Shown: one piece after another, positions 61,101-64,000 of the stretch
Layout of the letters: each line of letters starts with the position of its first letter
Position numbering within the stretch: position 1 is the first letter of the stretch
From: Guillardia theta CCMP2712
Lineage: Eukaryota; Protista; Cryptophyta
DNA length: 64,000 nt
Direction: 5' to 3'
NCBI RefSeq assembly: GCF_000315625.1
Contig: NW_005434597.1
Location: 15,924 to 79,923, forward strand
The notes under the pieces: generated by a model
The model's input: only the letters and a program-made list of their open reading frames with translations
What the model was told of the DNA's origin: nothing
The model's database searches: none
Program-made: the position numbers and the translations under genes

Positions 61101-61566
61101 AGGCCGTGTTTTCGATCATGCTAACAAAGTGTGTGCATGCCTCGTCGTGCATCGACCAGCCGCCATTGATGAACTCGAGTTGCCCCTTGTCCACCAACCC
61201 CTTCACGATCTCTCGTTTTTCGTCGCTTTGCTCAGTCCACCAACGTTGGAAGAAGGCTTGTTCCACGTACGTGAACTTTCTGTCCGCATTGAGCATGATC
61301 TCATCCAGCACGGTATCGAGGATGTACTGAACCCCTGCGTGCTGGATGGAGTTGTTCGCGCCGTAATAGTACTGGTCGACAGTCTTGAGCCATCCCACGT
61401 CGTCGTGGCTGTGGCAGATGAGGTGGACGTTGAGCCTGCCCTCCGAGGGAGCTCCCTGCGTCACACAGCCTGGTCGGTGCCGCAAGCTCTGCTCCTTCCT
61501 CCCTCCTCCCATCGGCAGTCCCGACGCCATAGCCACCCATACCGCCACCACAAACCCTCTCAGCAT
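57657..61566 (-). CDS. GH38 lysosomal/vacuolar alpha-mannosidase (MAN2B1-like)
   Basis: Signal peptide. [74 protein letters not shown], and C-terminal LAPLQ|IRTF. Confidence 0.95.
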
Positions 61567-62033
61567 AGCAACCCAATCATCCCCCTCATTCCCAGCACTA
61601 ATTTAATCTCCTGAGGCGGGCTAGGAAACTCATCACCCTCGTTCACTCGAGGATTTTGCCGTTCGAAGTTTCAAACATACACGCCTATCACCCCACCCCC
61701 TCCAGTACCTACATACCACCCACCATTTTCTCTTAAGATACCCCACCTTGATTTTTGTCTTGCCCCTTCTAGACTACCTTCATTTTGAACCTACATAGAA
61801 GGGGTACTTGCATAACCCCACCCACCTCCATGAAAAGCCTCAACGGACTTCTCAGACCCCAGTTTCACCACCCTCTATGCACTGACAGGAGCGAGAAGGA
61901 GAGGAGAGGAGAGGAGACAGAAGACAAGGAGACGAAGAGAGGAAGAAGAAGAGAAGAAGAAGAGTTGAACGGCGTTGGACGAACTTGCATCACACGAAGT
62001 ATACCATCTCTGATCCTTCATTCATTCCTCAAC

Positions 62034-64000
62034 ATGGACGCATATGAAGTTTTGGAGAAGCTTGGCAGTGGATCCTTTGGGACCATTAGAAAGATCGTCA
62101 GGAAGTCAGACAAGAAGGTCCTGGTCTGGAAGGAGATCCGATACGGTAGAATGAACGAGAAGGAGAAAAGCATGTTGGTAAGCGAAGTGAACATCCTCCG
62201 CGAGCTCAAGCACCCCAACATCGTTCGCTACAAGGTTAGGTCGCTCTCTTGTTCTATTCCTGTTGATTCCGCCTTGTCAGGATCGCATCATCGATAGAGA
62301 GAGTTCAACCATCTACATCATCATGGAGTTTTGCGAGAACGGCGATCTTGCTTCGGTAGGCCCCGCGCTCCCCTTGCGGCCTGGTGTGACGAGCTTTCTG
62401 CCAGGTCATTCGCAAGTACAAAAGATGCGGCAAGCGGGTTGAGGAGTCAAGAATCTGGACCTTGTTCTTTCAGATCGCCTGTGCCCTGCACGAATGCCAT
62501 TGCCGCAAACAGAAGATCCTTCATCGCGACATCAAGCCTGCGAACGTGTTCATTGACAGGAACAACGGCTTCAAGCTCGGAGACTTCGGGCTCGCAAGGG
62601 TGTTGAGCACGGAGACGCAGCTCGCCAAGACCAACGTGGGAACGCCCTACTACATGGCGCCAGAGCAAGTGAACGAGCTGCCCTACAACGAGAAGTGCGA
62701 CATCTGGTCGTTGGGCTGCCTCCTGTACGAGATGGCTGCCCTCGCCCCTCCCTTCGAGGCTGCCAACCAGCTCGCGCTGGCTGTGAAGATCAAGGCTGGA
62801 AGGGTGTCACGGCTGCCCGAGCAGTACTCGGAGGAGCTGAACCAAGCTGTGCGATCGATGCTGCAGCTGGACAGCGCCAAGAGGCCAAGCATCGAAGATC
62901 TCTTCAAGCTCCCCAAAATGCAGGAGCAGGCCGAGATCGCTGTCCGCAACGCGTCGGCTGTGCCTGCCCAGTACGTTGACCGATACTTCTCGAGCCAGAT
63001 GCGGAGGCTGCAGGCGAAGGAGGAGGAGATCTCGTCGAGGGCTCAAGACCTCGTCAACAAGGAGAAGGAGTTGCGAGGAGCCAAGTATGTGGACAGCGAT
63101 GAGATCAAGAAGAGAGAAGAAGACCTCAAGAAGAAGGACGAGGAGCTCAAGAAGAAGGACAAGGAGCTTTCCGAGATGACTTCATCCTTCCAAGAGCGAA
63201 TCAGAAACTTGGAGGCGAGAGAGAAGGCGGTGAGTTGTGCTGACGTGGCATCAGCCTGGTGTGACGCCTGCCGTCAGATGCTGGCGAGGGAAGAAGCCCT
63301 AGCGAGTCGAGACAGGAGCCTCAGCGACAAGGAGAAGCGGGTGGAGAGAGCCAAGCTCGAGTATCAGTCGCTGTGAGTTGACTTGTCGCATGCTGTGACG
63401 AGGTTGTCACATGACGGCAGGATGAGCGACCTGAAGAAGAGGAGGAAGGCGCTGGACGAGCAGATGGCGCGGGACCAGGACAAGGAGGCTGAGCGAAGAG
63501 ACTCGGGCGACTTGGAGTACCCGGAAGCGAAGAACCTCTTCGATGCCAACAAGGTCTCCTCCTCCTCGCCTGCTCCTCTCCTCTCACTTTCCTTCAGCAC
63601 GATAACTCAGAATTTGCTCACTGGAAGCTCGAGCGGCGCCACAGCTGCAGTGACGTGGAGTCGCCGATCCGATCGAGCTCAGAGCCGAAACGACAGGAGG
63701 AGGCGCCGGGGGGCTGCAACCCGAACCCGCAGTTTGCAGGGAGAGTGCGGGAGCTGCGAAGAATGTGCATGAAGAGCTCAGAGGAACCGCGATCTCCCAC
63801 TCCTCATCCTCGTCAGGGCTACTTGTTCGAGAAGGAGGAGGAGGACGGGAAGAAGAAGGAGGAGGTGGGTAGGAAGATGACGGTCGACAGCAAGCGGCAG
63901 GCGATCTATGGAGCACTGTTCGGGAAAAGAGCTGGAGGAAAGGGCGAGCTGACGTCCAACGACAGCGACAGCGAGGAAGACTCGAGCATCGCTCCTGTGC
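62034..64000 (+). CDS. NEK2: NIMA-related Ser/Thr kinase (NEK2-like) with C-terminal coiled coil; 3' end unresolved at window edge
   Basis: YEVLEKLGSGSFG, LVWKEIRYGRMNEKEKSMLVSEVNILRELKHPNIVRY, HRDIKPAN, KLGDFGLARVL and VGTPYYMAPE. Confidence 0.9.

Overview
Gene-dense eukaryotic nuclear DNA, GC-rich, with many ~45-nt GT/GC-AG introns. Some proteins carry signal-peptide plus transit-peptide leaders, so the best inference is an alga with a secondary plastid, probably a cryptophyte (Guillardia/Hanusia-like); this is not proven. About 20 intron-split genes can be supported: WD40, tandem-SPRY, coiled-coil, SAM, Sel1, TPR, JmjC, WDR76/CMR1-like, calmodulin-like, ABCG transporter, a thylakoid-lumen protein, a tandem GT32 glycosyltransferase, an MFS sugar porter, a GH38 alpha-mannosidase and a NEK2/NIMA kinase. 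The centre (~28.7-45.4 kb) is a ~17-kb retroelement island. It holds one 5'-truncated CRE-clade-like (RT + Zn finger + restriction-like endonuclease) non-LTR element, surrounded by a scrambled sense/antisense patchwork of its own fragments, strongly enriched for its 3' terminus and including a perfect 60-bp tail-to-tail hairpin. A young Ty3/Gypsy chromovirus (ACCGG target-site duplication, near-identical TA...CA LTRs, disabled ORFs) is nested in that patchwork. The best leads are the scrambled retroelement array, a GT32 / sugar transporter / GH38 gene trio, and ubiquitin-tail-like LRL[RK]GG motifs in two N-terminal leaders. Exon boundaries were read by eye and gene ends are approximate.
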